DNA of 64,000 nt from Candidatus Woesebacteria bacterium RIFCSPLOWO2_01_FULL_44_24b (GTDB taxonomy: Bacteria; Patescibacteriota; Microgenomatia; UBA8517), in NCBI GenBank assembly GCA_001793235.1, contig MGHM01000014.1, positions 3,857-67,856 of the forward strand, given 5' to 3'. The notes under the pieces are model-generated. The model made no database searches, had not been told where the DNA came from, and saw nothing but the letters and a program-made list of their open reading frames with translations. Shown in pieces: positions 47,134 through 57,574 of the stretch (position 1 is its first letter; the number at the start of each line of letters is the position of its first letter). Made by a program: the position numbers and the translations under genes.

Positions 47134-48827
47134 AAAAGAAAAGTGTAACAATATTTGTTGTCATAATTTTGGTTGCTTCATTTTTGAGGCTTTATAAATT
47201 GGATTCGTTCCCGGTTAGTATGTTCGGCGACGAAATGGATGTTGGCTATCAGGCTTACTCTGTTCTTAAAACAGGAAATGATTATTATGGTAATTTTATG
47301 CCATTGCATTTTCACTCACTGGCCGAATGGCGTACGCCGCTTTATATCTATTCTGTGGTTCCAACAGTAGCAATTTTTGGAATTTCACCTCTTGGAGTCC
47401 GCCTGCCTGCAGCCGTTTTTGGAATATTGGGAATTGTCGCCTTTTACTTTTTAGTCTCAGAGATTTCTAAAAAGTACCTAAATACTGACTACAAACTACT
47501 GGCTACTGTCGCAAGCTTCTTGCTTGCGATTAACCCTTGGCATATTCAGTACAGTAGGGCCGCGTTTGAAGTTACTGAGCTATTGTTTTTTCTAATTCTT
47601 GGTCTCCTTTTCCTTTTTAGAAGTTTTAAAAATGGCAAATTACTTTGGATTTCGGCTTTAGCCTTCGCACTTACCCCGTGGGTTTATAGCACTGCAAAGT
47701 TATTCACTCCACTGCTATTAGCCTTTTTAGTATTTGTTTTTAGGAAGGAAGTTTTTAGACTGCCGCGCAAATATTTAGTCTATGCTGTTTGTGCTTTAGC
47801 TCTTGTTGGTGGGCCAATCGCCTATAGCACGGTGTTTGGAGGGGGAGGACAGCGCTTTAGTTATATCAGTGTTTTTAGCGATCCTACAATTGAACACGAA
47901 GTTGGAGTTGCAAGGGATATAGACAGCTGGGGAAACTCACTTCCTTCACGCGCTTTACATAATAAGTTTGTTATTTGGTCAGAGGCAATTGCCGGAAATA
48001 TTCTCCAAAGTTACTCCACAAGTTTTTTGTTTGTTGATGGGGACCTGAATTTGCGTCATTCAATAGAGGATATGGGAATGTTTTATAAGCCTGAATTTTT
48101 TGCTTTACTTCTCGGAATTGTTTATTTCTTTAGCAGAAAGGCGGATAGTAAAATAAAATTGTTTTTCCTTTTCTGGCTTGTCGCTGGAGTTTTGCCTTCA
48201 GCGATAACGCGCGACGGAGGAAATCATGCTACTCGATTAATCCTTATCCTTCTTCCTCTCGTGTTCCTTATATCAAGTGGTGCGGTGTTTCTTTCAAAAA
48301 ATCGCGTTATCTTTTTCGCATACTCAATGTTGCTCCTTTTATTTTTTATTATCTATCAACACCAGTACTGGGTTCATAATCCCACTTATTCAGAGCGTTG
48401 GTGGCATTACGGTTGGGAAGAAGCGGTGGAGGCTATTAAATCAGTTGAGCAAGACTTTGATAAAGTCGTAATTTCTACCGCGGATGAGCCGCCATGGATA
48501 TTTTTTGCCGGAGCATATGAATACCCACCCGAAAAATGGCAGGCACAATTTCCATTGGAGCAAAAAGTAACTTTAGAGGGGTTTGGTGAGGTGTCGCACA
48601 TTGATAAGTTTTATTTCGGGAGCCCTGCCGGCTTACAAATGTATGATTGGGGAAAAGTGCTTGACAAGGAGATGCTCTATTTGGCTTCAATAAAGGAAGT
48701 TGGAGTGAACTTAATTCGCGAGCCCGAAAGAACTCCTGGAGACTTGGTGCTTTTAAAGTCGATTGCGTTCCCTTCAGGTGAACCAGCTTTCTACCTGTTT
48801 ACTGGAAGAAGAAGCGATGAAAATTAA
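47130..48827 (+). CDS. GT-C membrane glycosyltransferase, PMT_2/ArnT-like (tandem paralog A of 5)
   Basis: Loop-1 MFGDEMDVGYQAYSVLKTGNDYYGNFMPLHFHS with the DE motif, followed by RLPAAVFGILGIVAFYFLVSEI. About 12 TM helices and a C-terminal soluble domain of about 150 aa. ATGA overlap. Confidence 0.65.
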   Translation: MKKKSVTIFVVIILVASFLRLYKLDSFPVSMFGDEMDVGYQAYSVLKTGNDYYGNFMPLHFHSLAEWRTPLYIYSVVPTVAIFGISPLGVRLPAAVFGILGIVAFYFLVSEISKKYLNTDYKLLATVASFLLAINPWHIQYSRAAFEVTELLFFLILGLLFLFRSFKNGKLLWISALAFALTPWVYSTAKLFTPLLLAFLVFVFRKEVFRLPRKYLVYAVCALALVGGPIAYSTVFGGGGQRFSYISVFSDPTIEHEVGVARDIDSWGNSLPSRALHNKFVIWSEAIAGNILQSYSTSFLFVDGDLNLRHSIEDMGMFYKPEFFALLLGIVYFFSRKADSKIKLFFLFWLVAGVLPSAITRDGGNHATRLILILLPLVFLISSGAVFLSKNRVIFFAYSMLLLLFFIIYQHQYWVHNPTYSERWWHYGWEEAVEAIKSVEQDFDKVVISTADEPPWIFFAGAYEYPPEKWQAQFPLEQKVTLEGFGEVSHIDKFYFGSPAGLQMYDWGKVLDKEMLYLASIKEVGVNLIREPERTPGDLVLLKSIAFPSGEPAFYLFTGRRSDEN

Positions 48828-50094
48828 TCTTCGATATGTATTTATTGCGGCAATCATCTTTAGATTAATTTTAGCGCCTTTAGCCAACCATCCCGATGTC
48901 GGTAACCACATAGATTGGGGGATAAAATTTTGGGAATATGGGGCGAGTAAATTTTATGCTCCGGAAAGTAATGTTTGGGCGTTCACTTGGCCAAACCAGC
49001 CCCCGGGAACAATCCTTATTTTTGCAATTATTCGAAAAGTTTATGAGCTGATTTTTGGAATTTTCTGGGGTATAAATGTTGCTGTTCCGGCATTTCCTTC
49101 AGGGGTAGTTACTGCAATTGACAAGCATTTATACCTCATACTCCTCAAGTTGCCGGCAATACTCGCAGACCTTGGGATTGCCCACTTGATTCATCAGTTT
49201 CTTGCCAAAGGCAAATATTCTAAAGTTGCCAAATTTGGAGCAATATTATTTTTAGTTAATCCGGTTATCTGGTATAACTCATCAGTTTGGGGGCAGACCG
49301 ACTCAGTCATTAACTTCTTTGTAATTTTGAGTTTGTGGTTGTTGTTTAGGAATAAGCCTGTGCTTGCCACATTGAGTTTTGCTGTCAGCTTGTATATAAA
49401 AGTTTCACTGGTTATTTTTATTCCGATATTCTTGATTTTGTTTATTAAGAAATTTTCAGTAAAACAAGCCATTGTTTCACTAGTGCCCCCTTTGGCGGTT
49501 TTTGCTCTGCCAACCCTCCTTTTCTCTTTCCCCCACGAGCCGTTTTCATGGCTTTTGGAAATTTATAAAGTAAAGGTGTTAACAAATCAGCTTCAGGTGA
49601 TAACCGCAAATGCCTTTAATTTTTGGGGCATTTTTGAAGGACTTGCCCAGCGGCCTCACAGCCTCTCCCTCGGGCCGGTTAGTTACCAGACGTGGGGATT
49701 GGCCGCTTTTTTATTAGGTTATATACCACTTTTATATTGGTTGTGGAAAAATCCCAAAGCTAAAACTGCAATATGGGTATTGGCGCTTGCCTCTTTTGGC
49801 TCTTTCATGTTTTTGACCAACATGCACGAGCGCTACCTCTACCCGCTGTTTCCTTACTTAACAATTCTTACCGCCATGAGTCCAAGACTGCTACCGCTTT
49901 ACGCGGGCATCAGCGGTGTTAGTTTAATTAATCTTTATAATCTCTGGTTTGTGCCGAGGTTTGAGTTTATCGTTATCTTGCTTTCAGCTGGAAAGGGAGT
50001 GGCTGTCAAGCTTTTGTCGGCTGTCAATACCGCACTTTTTCTAATTATATATCAAAACTTTTTAAAGGCGCGCCAAAAACGTATAATTAGTTAA
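48817..50094 (+). CDS. polytopic membrane protein (DUF2029/GT87-like mannosyltransferase-type topology, uncertain)
   Basis: About 11 TM helices. It lacks the DE loop motif of its neighbours. It is inserted within the tandem PMT_2 array. ATG at 48817. Confidence 0.4.
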   Translation: MKINLRYVFIAAIIFRLILAPLANHPDVGNHIDWGIKFWEYGASKFYAPESNVWAFTWPNQPPGTILIFAIIRKVYELIFGIFWGINVAVPAFPSGVVTAIDKHLYLILLKLPAILADLGIAHLIHQFLAKGKYSKVAKFGAILFLVNPVIWYNSSVWGQTDSVINFFVILSLWLLFRNKPVLATLSFAVSLYIKVSLVIFIPIFLILFIKKFSVKQAIVSLVPPLAVFALPTLLFSFPHEPFSWLLEIYKVKVLTNQLQVITANAFNFWGIFEGLAQRPHSLSLGPVSYQTWGLAAFLLGYIPLLYWLWKNPKAKTAIWVLALASFGSFMFLTNMHERYLYPLFPYLTILTAMSPRLLPLYAGISGVSLINLYNLWFVPRFEFIVILLSAGKGVAVKLLSAVNTALFLIIYQNFLKARQKRIIS

Positions 50095-51740
50095 TGAGGA
50101 ACTGGAAACTCGTAGTTGTTGTGTTGTTGGCGTTTTTATTGAGGTTTGTAAATTTAGCTTCGTATCCAGCCGGTTTTTCCGCCGATGAGGTGAATCAAGG
50201 CTATACAGCCTATTCAATTTTGAAAACGGGCAAGGATGAGTGGGGTGAGCCCTTTCCTGTTGCCCCGCGCTCCTACGGTGATTACCGCGCACCACTTTAC
50301 ACTTATTTGACAGTTCCCTCAGTTGGCATTTTTGGCTTAAATGAATTCGCGACCCGCCTGCCGGCTGTAATTTTCGGCACCTTGTCAGTTGCAGTTGTTT
50401 ATTTTCTGGTGCGTGAGTTATTTAAGGAAAAGGGCGAAAAATTGGCAGTCATTGCATCATCTTTGCTTGCGATTTCCCCATGGCATGTTGCCTTGTCCCG
50501 GGGAGCATTTGAGCCCAATTTACCGACTTTGATTATTCCTCTTGGAGTTTTGTTCTTTTTGAAAGGCAGAAAGCAAAAAAATTATATGTTAGCTGCAGCT
50601 CTTAGTTTGGGCTTAGGGCTATTTTCTTACTATTCATTCAGGCTGCTTTTCCCCGGAATTTTATTTCTACTCTACATTTGTTTCAGGTCAAATATTCTCA
50701 GGTATAAATTGCCTCTTGTAGTACTTGGCCTGTTCACTGCGATTGCCATCTACACTATGTTTGTAGGCGCATCTTCGCGCCTGCTGGATGTGTCTATTGC
50801 AGGGGAGTCCTCGTGGCACGCTGTTTCTGAGGCCCGGTATAATGCGGTTTTAATGGGTCTTCCCGATTTGCTAGCGAGGGTGTTTAACAATAAATTAACT
50901 TATTTGGCGAGTTTGTTTACCAAAAATTATTTAAGTTATTTTTCTCCTCAGTTTTTATTTACCAGTGGAGCAGGGGAGGCGACATATGGCATGGCTCCTG
51001 GGATGGGACTCATGTACCCACTTGAACTCCTGTTTATAGCTGCTGCATTAGTTCACACAATAGTTGGTAAGCTTTACAAAAAAACTTCTATAAAATTAAC
51101 TTTTGCGATGCTCATTATTGCGCCCATTCCGGCGGCGCTAGCCACGGGGCCCGGGATGGCCGCGAACAGGGCAGCGGTCATGTTACCATGGCTCACGATT
51201 ATTTCAGCAATCGGGATTTATGCAATCTTGAAAACTTTTTCTAAAAAATATATAGCCGTTTCCGTACTCCTCTATTTTATTGTTTCTCTGGTCTTTTTTT
51301 TGGAAAGTTATTATTACCACTCACCCCGTGACAACGCTCGATCTATGAGCTATGGCTGGCGGCAAGCTTCGGAGTACATAAGAAATGTTTACGATTCATA
51401 CGACAAGATTGTTGTAAGTGGAAATTTTTCAGAGCCACAGATGTTTGCAGCTTTTTTCATGGAAATTAATCCAGGAGTTGTTCAAGCCCAGTCCCTAGAT
51501 TGGCTAAGGTACGAATCTCAGGGGCTCAAATTTGTTGATCAATTGGGTGAATATAAATTGGATAAATTTGTTTTTAAGGGTATTGATAAAAGTGTTGATA
51601 CTAAGACTCCAAATACGCTAATCATGGGCAGGCCTGAAGATTTTATTGGCGTTACACCCGATCATGTTATTAACTATCCGGACGGCGAGGCAGCTATTTA
51701 TTTTGTTTCTTCGCGCGAAGTCTATGCAAAAGAAATATAA
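50094..51740 (+). CDS. GT-C membrane glycosyltransferase, PMT_2/ArnT-like (tandem paralog B)
   Basis: FSADEVNQGYTAYSILKTGKDEWGEPFPVAPRSYGDYRAPLYTY and RLPAVIFGTLSVAVVYFLVRELF. TAATG junction. Confidence 0.65.
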   Translation: MRNWKLVVVVLLAFLLRFVNLASYPAGFSADEVNQGYTAYSILKTGKDEWGEPFPVAPRSYGDYRAPLYTYLTVPSVGIFGLNEFATRLPAVIFGTLSVAVVYFLVRELFKEKGEKLAVIASSLLAISPWHVALSRGAFEPNLPTLIIPLGVLFFLKGRKQKNYMLAAALSLGLGLFSYYSFRLLFPGILFLLYICFRSNILRYKLPLVVLGLFTAIAIYTMFVGASSRLLDVSIAGESSWHAVSEARYNAVLMGLPDLLARVFNNKLTYLASLFTKNYLSYFSPQFLFTSGAGEATYGMAPGMGLMYPLELLFIAAALVHTIVGKLYKKTSIKLTFAMLIIAPIPAALATGPGMAANRAAVMLPWLTIISAIGIYAILKTFSKKYIAVSVLLYFIVSLVFFLESYYYHSPRDNARSMSYGWRQASEYIRNVYDSYDKIVVSGNFSEPQMFAAFFMEINPGVVQAQSLDWLRYESQGLKFVDQLGEYKLDKFVFKGIDKSVDTKTPNTLIMGRPEDFIGVTPDHVINYPDGEAAIYFVSSREVYAKEI

Positions 51741-53385
51741 CCACTATCTCTTGTTATTGATTTTACTGTTCAGTTTTTTTATCCGCATATGGAAAATCGA
51801 TGCTGCCCCGGCTTCGCTTAATTGGGATGAAGTGAGCCATGGCTTTAACGCCTATTCTATTCTCACAACAGGAAAGGATGAGTGGAGCGAGAGTTTCCCT
51901 GCAATCTTTCGAGCATACGGCGACTACAAGCTTCCGGTTTATGTTAACTTAGTTGCGATTTCTGAAAGTCTGTTTGGTCTTAACCCGTTTTCGGTGAGAC
52001 TGCCTTCGATATTGGCCGGTTGCATCACAGTTTTGTTTTCTTATCTTTTGGTGAAAAAACTATTTAAAAAAGAAGAAATTGCACTTCTTACAGCGCTTTT
52101 GGTAGCTATTGAACCCTGGAACCTGTTTTTGTCGCGCGCCGCGCTCGAAGCAAATGTTGCACTGGCATTGATTGTCTCTGGAGTATATTTTTTGTTATCA
52201 GGATTAGAAAAGAAAAATTGTTCTCTACTTTTGGGAATAGCATTGTTTGGCTTATCAGTCTGGACTTATAACTCTGCTCGTATTTTTATTCCTTTGTTGT
52301 TAATCGCTTTAACGTTAATTCATAAAACTGAATTCTATAAGATCGTAAAAAGTAGTAAATCCCTTGCTACATTCTACATGCTACTTGCTATTGTATTTTT
52401 AGTGCCAATGTTCATTCAAGTCAGTAGTGGAGTCGGATTGGCTAGATATGAAAGTGTTCAAATCTTAAACGACACCGCGATTGGCAGAATCGGGGAGTTA
52501 AGAAGTAATCTTAGTTTTGATGAGTCTGTAGAGAGATTGTTGTTTAATAAAGCTACATACTTTGCTGGCCAGTTTACGGTAAATTATTTAAAGCACTTCT
52601 CACCGGAATTTTTGTACTTAAAGGGCGGCGACAATTATCAGTTTAATATCCCGAATATTGGCCTTTTATATCTTGTGAATGCACCGTTTTTAGTTTTGGG
52701 TATTTGGAGACTTTTCAAACAGCATGGAGGAAAAAAGTACGGCAAATTAATTATTGCATGGCTTCTTATTGCACCAGTGGCTTCCAGTCTTACCGAGGGG
52801 GCTCCCCATACTTTACGGAGTATTGTGATGCTCCCAATTCCCATGATACTCACTGCCTTGGGTGCATCGTACGTCTTTAGTAGACTGGCAAAGTTTAGGT
52901 GGCTCTTTGTTGTTTTTGCGCTCCTGCTATTTGTGAGCTTTGCAGACTATTTTAATATTTATTTGAGTAGCTACAGAGTTAATTATTCATGGGTCTGGCA
53001 ATATGGGTACAGGCAAGCTGTTGACTTTATAAAAACGAATTACAATAAATATGAAAAGATAGTTATTACTAAAAAATATGGCGAGCCGCACGAGTTCGTA
53101 CTCTTTTACTGGCCTTGGGACCCTTCTCGCTTCCAAAATCAGGACAAGACCAGGTATTACCAGTCAAATTGGTATTGGGTGGATAAGTTCGATAAATTCT
53201 ATTTTGTGAATGATTGGGATATTCCAAAGGTTGGTTCAGAGTTTGCACTGGAAAGTGGTGGCACCTTTGATTGCGCCAGTTGTTTACTTGTGACAAGTCC
53301 TGGGAATGCGCCTGAAAACTGGAAGAAAATTGAGACGATAAATTTTTTAGACGGTAAAATCGCTTTTGAAATATATGAACACTAA
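51724..53385 (+). CDS. GT-C membrane glycosyltransferase, PMT_2/ArnT-like (tandem paralog C)
   Basis: NWDEVSHGFNAYSILTTGKDEWSESFPAIFRAYGDYKLPVYVN and RLPSILAGCITVLFSYLLVKKLF. ATG at 51724, with a 17 nt overlap. Confidence 0.65.
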   Translation: MQKKYNHYLLLLILLFSFFIRIWKIDAAPASLNWDEVSHGFNAYSILTTGKDEWSESFPAIFRAYGDYKLPVYVNLVAISESLFGLNPFSVRLPSILAGCITVLFSYLLVKKLFKKEEIALLTALLVAIEPWNLFLSRAALEANVALALIVSGVYFLLSGLEKKNCSLLLGIALFGLSVWTYNSARIFIPLLLIALTLIHKTEFYKIVKSSKSLATFYMLLAIVFLVPMFIQVSSGVGLARYESVQILNDTAIGRIGELRSNLSFDESVERLLFNKATYFAGQFTVNYLKHFSPEFLYLKGGDNYQFNIPNIGLLYLVNAPFLVLGIWRLFKQHGGKKYGKLIIAWLLIAPVASSLTEGAPHTLRSIVMLPIPMILTALGASYVFSRLAKFRWLFVVFALLLFVSFADYFNIYLSSYRVNYSWVWQYGYRQAVDFIKTNYNKYEKIVITKKYGEPHEFVLFYWPWDPSRFQNQDKTRYYQSNWYWVDKFDKFYFVNDWDIPKVGSEFALESGGTFDCASCLLVTSPGNAPENWKKIETINFLDGKIAFEIYEH

Positions 53386-55039
53386 CCGTTGGTTATTAGT
53401 TGTTATTTTAGTGTTAGCCGCAGTTTTGAGACTATGGCAATTGGGCGAGTATCCGATTCGCTTGACCAATGATGAAGCTGCGATTGGCTATAACGCATAT
53501 TCGATTTTAAAAACCGGCAAAGATGAACATGGAGCGGTATTGCCGGTTATTTTTAAATCGTTTGGTGACTGGAAGCCGGGACTTTATATTTATCTTACTG
53601 TGCCGTCGGTAGCAGTTTTTGGACTTTCAGAATTTTCAGTAAGATTGCCCTCGGCGCTGTTGGGAGTTCTGACGATACTATTGATTTATGAGTTGGCCAA
53701 AGAACTTTTTGATAAAAAGGTGGCCATATTTTCAGCCTTTTCACTTGCAGTGTTGCCTTGGCATATTCATTTTTCCAGAGGTGCCTGGGAGGCAAACTTG
53801 GCGTTAACTTTGTTGGTGGCCGGGACTTTGTTCTTTTTCAAGTCCTTTAAAAGTAAAAAAAATATTATCCTGTCTGCACTCTTTTTTGCCTTCTCCCTAT
53901 GGGCATATCAGAGTGCCAAGTTGGCGAGCCTGATAGTTTTGATAGGTTTGGGCATCTTCTACTATAAAGAAATTCTGAAGCTTGATAGAAAAAATCTTAT
54001 CATATCGGCTGTTCTTGGAATATTGATCTCTTTGCCAATTATAACCTCATTATTTACTGGTAAGACGGGAAGAGTGGAAGTAATGAGTGTTTTTTCCTAT
54101 ACACGCCCTCTGGAATATATCGAGAGTACTATCTTTGAGCAAGAAAATATTACGAGCCAGGACCCGGTTTATATTTTGTTTCATACAGAAGCCTTAAACC
54201 TTTTTAGAGGTGTAGCGGGAAGGTATTTAAACTACATTAGCGGCGATTTTTTATTTTTCAAGGGAGACTGGGCAAACCCCCGGCACACCTCTGTGGATAT
54301 GGGCTATTTGTTGTTCGTTAGTGTCGTTCCTCTTTTGCTTGGGCTTTATGTATTGTTTAAGTCAAAAGTTACTAAGGAAATCGGATTTGTGTTATTTTTG
54401 CTCGCTTTATCGCAAATACCTGCGGCCTTAACCCGGGACAGCGCGCATGGAGTGAGGTCTTTAGGAATGATTCTGCCCGTGTGCATTATATTGGGCTTGG
54501 GGTTAGCTAGACTGTATGATTTTATACTGAAGCAAAAGCGTATCGTTGGTTTGACTATAATATCCTTAACGTTTGCAGCGTATTTGTATAGTATGTGCCT
54601 TTACCTCGATGCTTACTTCGTTCAGAATAAGTATTCTGAACCCAAAGATTATTTTTACGGCTATAAGCAAGTGGTCGAAAGAGTTTTTGAGAGGGAAAAA
54701 GACTACAAAAGAATTATTTTTTCCCAGAGTTATGACCAGCCGTATATGTTCTTTTTATTTTATGGAGTAGGGCACGATGCTCGGTTCGCGCCAGAGGTGT
54801 TTCAAGGAAACACCACTTTTCAGGAAAGTCCAAGCGGCGACGTCGGCCTAATAACTCATCTGGGTGGTATTGAATTTATGCCGACTAATTGGTATGAAGA
54901 CCGTGGTGAAGAAAATACATTGTTTATAGGCCGACAAGAAGACTTTCCCCAAAGTGACATTGCGAGCGGTGAGTTTAATGTGGAATATATTAATTACCCG
55001 GATGATAAACCAGCCTTTGTATTATTAGACAGAAAATGA
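53366..55039 (+). CDS. GT-C membrane glycosyltransferase, PMT_2/ArnT-like (tandem paralog D)
   Basis: LTNDEAAIGYNAYSILKTGKDEHGAVLPVIFKSFGDWKPGLYIY and RLPSALLGVLTILLIYELAKELF. Confidence 0.65.
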   Translation: MKYMNTNRWLLVVILVLAAVLRLWQLGEYPIRLTNDEAAIGYNAYSILKTGKDEHGAVLPVIFKSFGDWKPGLYIYLTVPSVAVFGLSEFSVRLPSALLGVLTILLIYELAKELFDKKVAIFSAFSLAVLPWHIHFSRGAWEANLALTLLVAGTLFFFKSFKSKKNIILSALFFAFSLWAYQSAKLASLIVLIGLGIFYYKEILKLDRKNLIISAVLGILISLPIITSLFTGKTGRVEVMSVFSYTRPLEYIESTIFEQENITSQDPVYILFHTEALNLFRGVAGRYLNYISGDFLFFKGDWANPRHTSVDMGYLLFVSVVPLLLGLYVLFKSKVTKEIGFVLFLLALSQIPAALTRDSAHGVRSLGMILPVCIILGLGLARLYDFILKQKRIVGLTIISLTFAAYLYSMCLYLDAYFVQNKYSEPKDYFYGYKQVVERVFEREKDYKRIIFSQSYDQPYMFFLFYGVGHDARFAPEVFQGNTTFQESPSGDVGLITHLGGIEFMPTNWYEDRGEENTLFIGRQEDFPQSDIASGEFNVEYINYPDDKPAFVLLDRK

Positions 55040-56694
55040 AATTCCTTAATAAAAACACTCTATTAATTTTGATATTGGCTCTTGCCGCGGTGTTGCGGTT
55101 TTATAAACTTGACACCTACCCGGCGTTAAATGCGGATGAGGCGGCAATTAGTTATAACGTTTATTCATTAATTCAAACGGGCCAAGACGAGCACGGCAAT
55201 CCCTGGCCAATTCACTTCCAGTCATTTAATGATTACAAGCCGGGCGGATATTTTTACATTGTTCTGCCGTTTGTATGGGCGTTCGGCTTAAATGAATGGA
55301 GTGTCAGGCTGCCAGGGGCAATATTTGGAGTACTGACTGTACTATTTGTTTATCTTCTTGTGAAGGAATTGCAAAAATGGCAGCAATTTAAAATTTTAAA
55401 TTATAAATTTGAAATTATAGCTAGCTTCTTGCTAGCTATTTCTCCTTGGCATATCCATTTTTCCCGCGGAGGCTGGGAAGTAAATGCCGCGACTTTCTTT
55501 ATTGTTGTCGGCGTATATTTCTTTTTGCGGGCAATTCGCAATAACAAATATTTTGCTTTGAGCGCAATATTTTTTGTCCTGAGTTTATACACTTACCATG
55601 CGGCGCGAATAGTAACCCCGCTTCTCGGGGTGGTACTTTTGATTATCTACAGGAAGGACTTATTTTCAAGTGCCAATCGAAAGCTATTTTTGGGTTCAGT
55701 GATTTTAGGCGCTGTTCTTTTGGTTCCACTACTCACTAGTTTTGTTGGTGAAGCAAGCGCTCGAGCTTCAGGTGTGAGCATATTCTCTGACCGTGGATAT
55801 ATCGACAGGATAGAGGAAAAGCGAGCCAGGCACGAAGACCCTTTTTCGGTTCTCAATAGAATTCTTTATAATAAACCAAAAGAACTCGCCATTGAATTCA
55901 GCAAGAATTATTTCGAACATTTCAAAGGGGAATTTTTGTTTATATCTGGAGATGACATCGAGCGTAATAAAGTGCCGGAGTTGGGACAACTATATTTATG
56001 GCAATTTCCGATTCTGATTATTGCCTTGTATGCTATAAGCAAAAAAAGTAAGGGGTGGGGTTTGGTTTTGGCTTGGCTTGTTATTTCTCCAATTCCCGCG
56101 GCGCTGACTTTTCAGTCACCTCACGCACTTCGCGCTCAAAGCATGATTATCCCCCTAACTATTTTATCTGCATATGGTCTGACTGTCATACTGAAATTTT
56201 TAAATGAAAATATTCGCAAGAGAGGCATACTTACTACATGCTATATACTACTTACTACAGTATTAGGTTGGAGTTTTGCCCACTATCTTCACCAATATTA
56301 TGTTCACATGGCAAAAACGTATCCCTATTCCTCTCAATATGGGGTAAAAGAATTGGTGGAATATATGAACGAAAACGTAAACAACACTGAACCAATAGTG
56401 GTCACAACAAGATATGATCAGCCTTATATTTTATTCCTTTTTTACACTAAATTTGACCCTAAGCAGTTTCAAGGGCATCATATACTTACCGCACGAGATA
56501 AATATGGTTTCTCGACGGTACCTGCTTTTAATAATTACATTTTTAAGTCTATTAACTATAAAGATGAGGACAGAGATAAGTTCCCCGGCGCGATATTAGT
56601 GGGGACAGATGAGGAGATTCCGGACGCGGCTAATGTAATTAAGAATATTTATGGGAGCAATAATTATTTATATTTTCAAGTAGTTGCTAACTAG
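55036..56694 (+). CDS. GT-C membrane glycosyltransferase, PMT_2/ArnT-like (tandem paralog E)
   Basis: LNADEAAISYNVYSLIQTGQDEHGNPWPIHFQSFNDYKPGGYFY and RLPGAIFGVLTVLFVYLLVKELQ. ATGA overlap. Confidence 0.65.
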   Translation: MKFLNKNTLLILILALAAVLRFYKLDTYPALNADEAAISYNVYSLIQTGQDEHGNPWPIHFQSFNDYKPGGYFYIVLPFVWAFGLNEWSVRLPGAIFGVLTVLFVYLLVKELQKWQQFKILNYKFEIIASFLLAISPWHIHFSRGGWEVNAATFFIVVGVYFFLRAIRNNKYFALSAIFFVLSLYTYHAARIVTPLLGVVLLIIYRKDLFSSANRKLFLGSVILGAVLLVPLLTSFVGEASARASGVSIFSDRGYIDRIEEKRARHEDPFSVLNRILYNKPKELAIEFSKNYFEHFKGEFLFISGDDIERNKVPELGQLYLWQFPILIIALYAISKKSKGWGLVLAWLVISPIPAALTFQSPHALRAQSMIIPLTILSAYGLTVILKFLNENIRKRGILTTCYILLTTVLGWSFAHYLHQYYVHMAKTYPYSSQYGVKELVEYMNENVNNTEPIVVTTRYDQPYILFLFYTKFDPKQFQGHHILTARDKYGFSTVPAFNNYIFKSINYKDEDRDKFPGAILVGTDEEIPDAANVIKNIYGSNNYLYFQVVAN

Positions 56695-56695
56695 C

Positions 56696-57574
56696 ATGAC
56701 TAAACTTTCTGTGGTCCTTGCGACAAAAAATGAACAAGAAAATATTGGGCGGTGCCTTAAGTCGGTTAGAAGTATTGCCAATGAAATAATCGTGTTTGAT
56801 GAGTATTCAACTGATAAAACTCGCGAGATTGCGAAGAGCTTCGGCGCAAGAGTTTTTAAAGTTTCTCATGAGCCGATATTTCATATTACCAAACAGAAGG
56901 CAATTGATAAGGCCACCGGAGATTGGATTCTTCAGTTAGACGCGGACGAAGTAGTGACTCCTGAGTTGGCCAATGAAATAAAAGAAGTCTTAAGGATGTC
57001 CGATAGTGAGATCCTGAAACGAAAAGTGCCAGAGCTATTTATGCGGCACCAGAGGCTATTAGAAAGAGAGGGAAGCTTGCCCCAAGCGAAGTCCCGCCAA
57101 GCGGGACGAAGTGGGGTTGTGGCATTTTTTATTCCAAGACGCAATATGTTTCTGGGAAAACCCTTAATTCATGCAGGAGTTTACCCCGATCCTTCAATTA
57201 GATTGATTAAAAGAGGTAAGGCAAGGCTTCCCGGCAAGTCAGTCCACGAGATAATGGAGGTTGATGGGCAAGTTTCGTGGCTCGTGAACGATATGTTGCA
57301 CTACGACTCCCCCACTTTAGAGAGGTATTTAAATAGATTGAACAGGTATACTGATTTGCATGCAGAGGAGCTGAAAAGCAAAAAAGTAAAATTAAATTTC
57401 TTTAGTCTATTGAACTACTCTTTCGTTAAACCTACGATTGTTTTCTTTAAGTTGTATTTTCGGCACAGGGGATACCTGGATGGCATGAGAGGCTTTGTGT
57501 GGTGTCTGTTTTCTAGTCTGCATTTCCCGATTGCTTATTTTAAATATTATTCCAATGAAAAAAATCGCAGTTGA
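56696..57574 (+). CDS. family-2 glycosyltransferase (paralog of 38910 and 40705)
   Basis: LSVVLATKNEQENIGRCLKSVRSIANEIIVFDEYSTDKTREIAKSFGARVF...LQLDADEVV. The ATG at 56696 is 2 nt after the upstream stop. Confidence 0.75.
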   Translation: MTKLSVVLATKNEQENIGRCLKSVRSIANEIIVFDEYSTDKTREIAKSFGARVFKVSHEPIFHITKQKAIDKATGDWILQLDADEVVTPELANEIKEVLRMSDSEILKRKVPELFMRHQRLLEREGSLPQAKSRQAGRSGVVAFFIPRRNMFLGKPLIHAGVYPDPSIRLIKRGKARLPGKSVHEIMEVDGQVSWLVNDMLHYDSPTLERYLNRLNRYTDLHAEELKSKKVKLNFFSLLNYSFVKPTIVFFKLYFRHRGYLDGMRGFVWCLFSSLHFPIAYFKYYSNEKNRS

